A stretch of DNA of 25,703 bases from positions 1 through 25,703 of the forward strand of contig JAYUGC010000143.1 in assembly GCA_043767805.1 (NCBI GenBank), given 5' to 3'. The notes beneath the pieces are model-generated. The model was not told the DNA's origin, searched no databases, and saw nothing but the letters and a program-made list of their open reading frames with translations. This DNA comes from Pseudomonadota bacterium (GTDB lineage Bacteria > Bdellovibrionota > FAC87 > UBA2466). The position numbers and the translations under genes are program-made. Shown in pieces: positions 25,608 through 25,703 of this stretch. Positions within the stretch are counted from its first letter, which is position 1. Every line of letters starts with the position of its first letter.

Positions 25608-25703
25608 GAAGTATCTCCTTAAAAGAGGCGCTAAAGCGCTTTGGGTTACTCTTGAGACTAAGCCTCCAAGCTAAGCTGCCCGTGAAACGAGCCTAAAATT
25701 TTT

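Overview
A GC-rich, gene-dense bacterial chromosomal window. The gene content and protein styles suggest a Bdellovibrionota/Oligoflexia-like or deltaproteobacterial organism, which is inference only. In order it contains: a 5'-truncated IS1/IS1595-like transposase; a secreted purple/tartrate-resistant acid phosphatase; a type III glutamine synthetase; a degenerate receiver-Fis protein; an MDR oxidoreductase; a four-gene translationally coupled operon (AurF-like diiron enzyme, epoxide-hydrolase-type hydrolase, M24 metallo-enzyme, SDR); a class A PBP coupled to an LpoA-like protein; an M17 leucyl aminopeptidase; two degenerate GT2 genes with an RluB-like pseudouridine synthase; recN; a secreted TIMP-like protein divergent from a lipoprotein metzincin; a transpeptidase-only PBP; an OmpR-type two-component pair; and a small secreted protein. 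The most striking signal is the TIMP-like inhibitor and metzincin protease pair (18748-21802), followed by the diiron/hydrolase/M24/SDR operon. No rRNA, tRNA or CRISPR array was seen. All calls come from motif reading by eye; no database searches were run.
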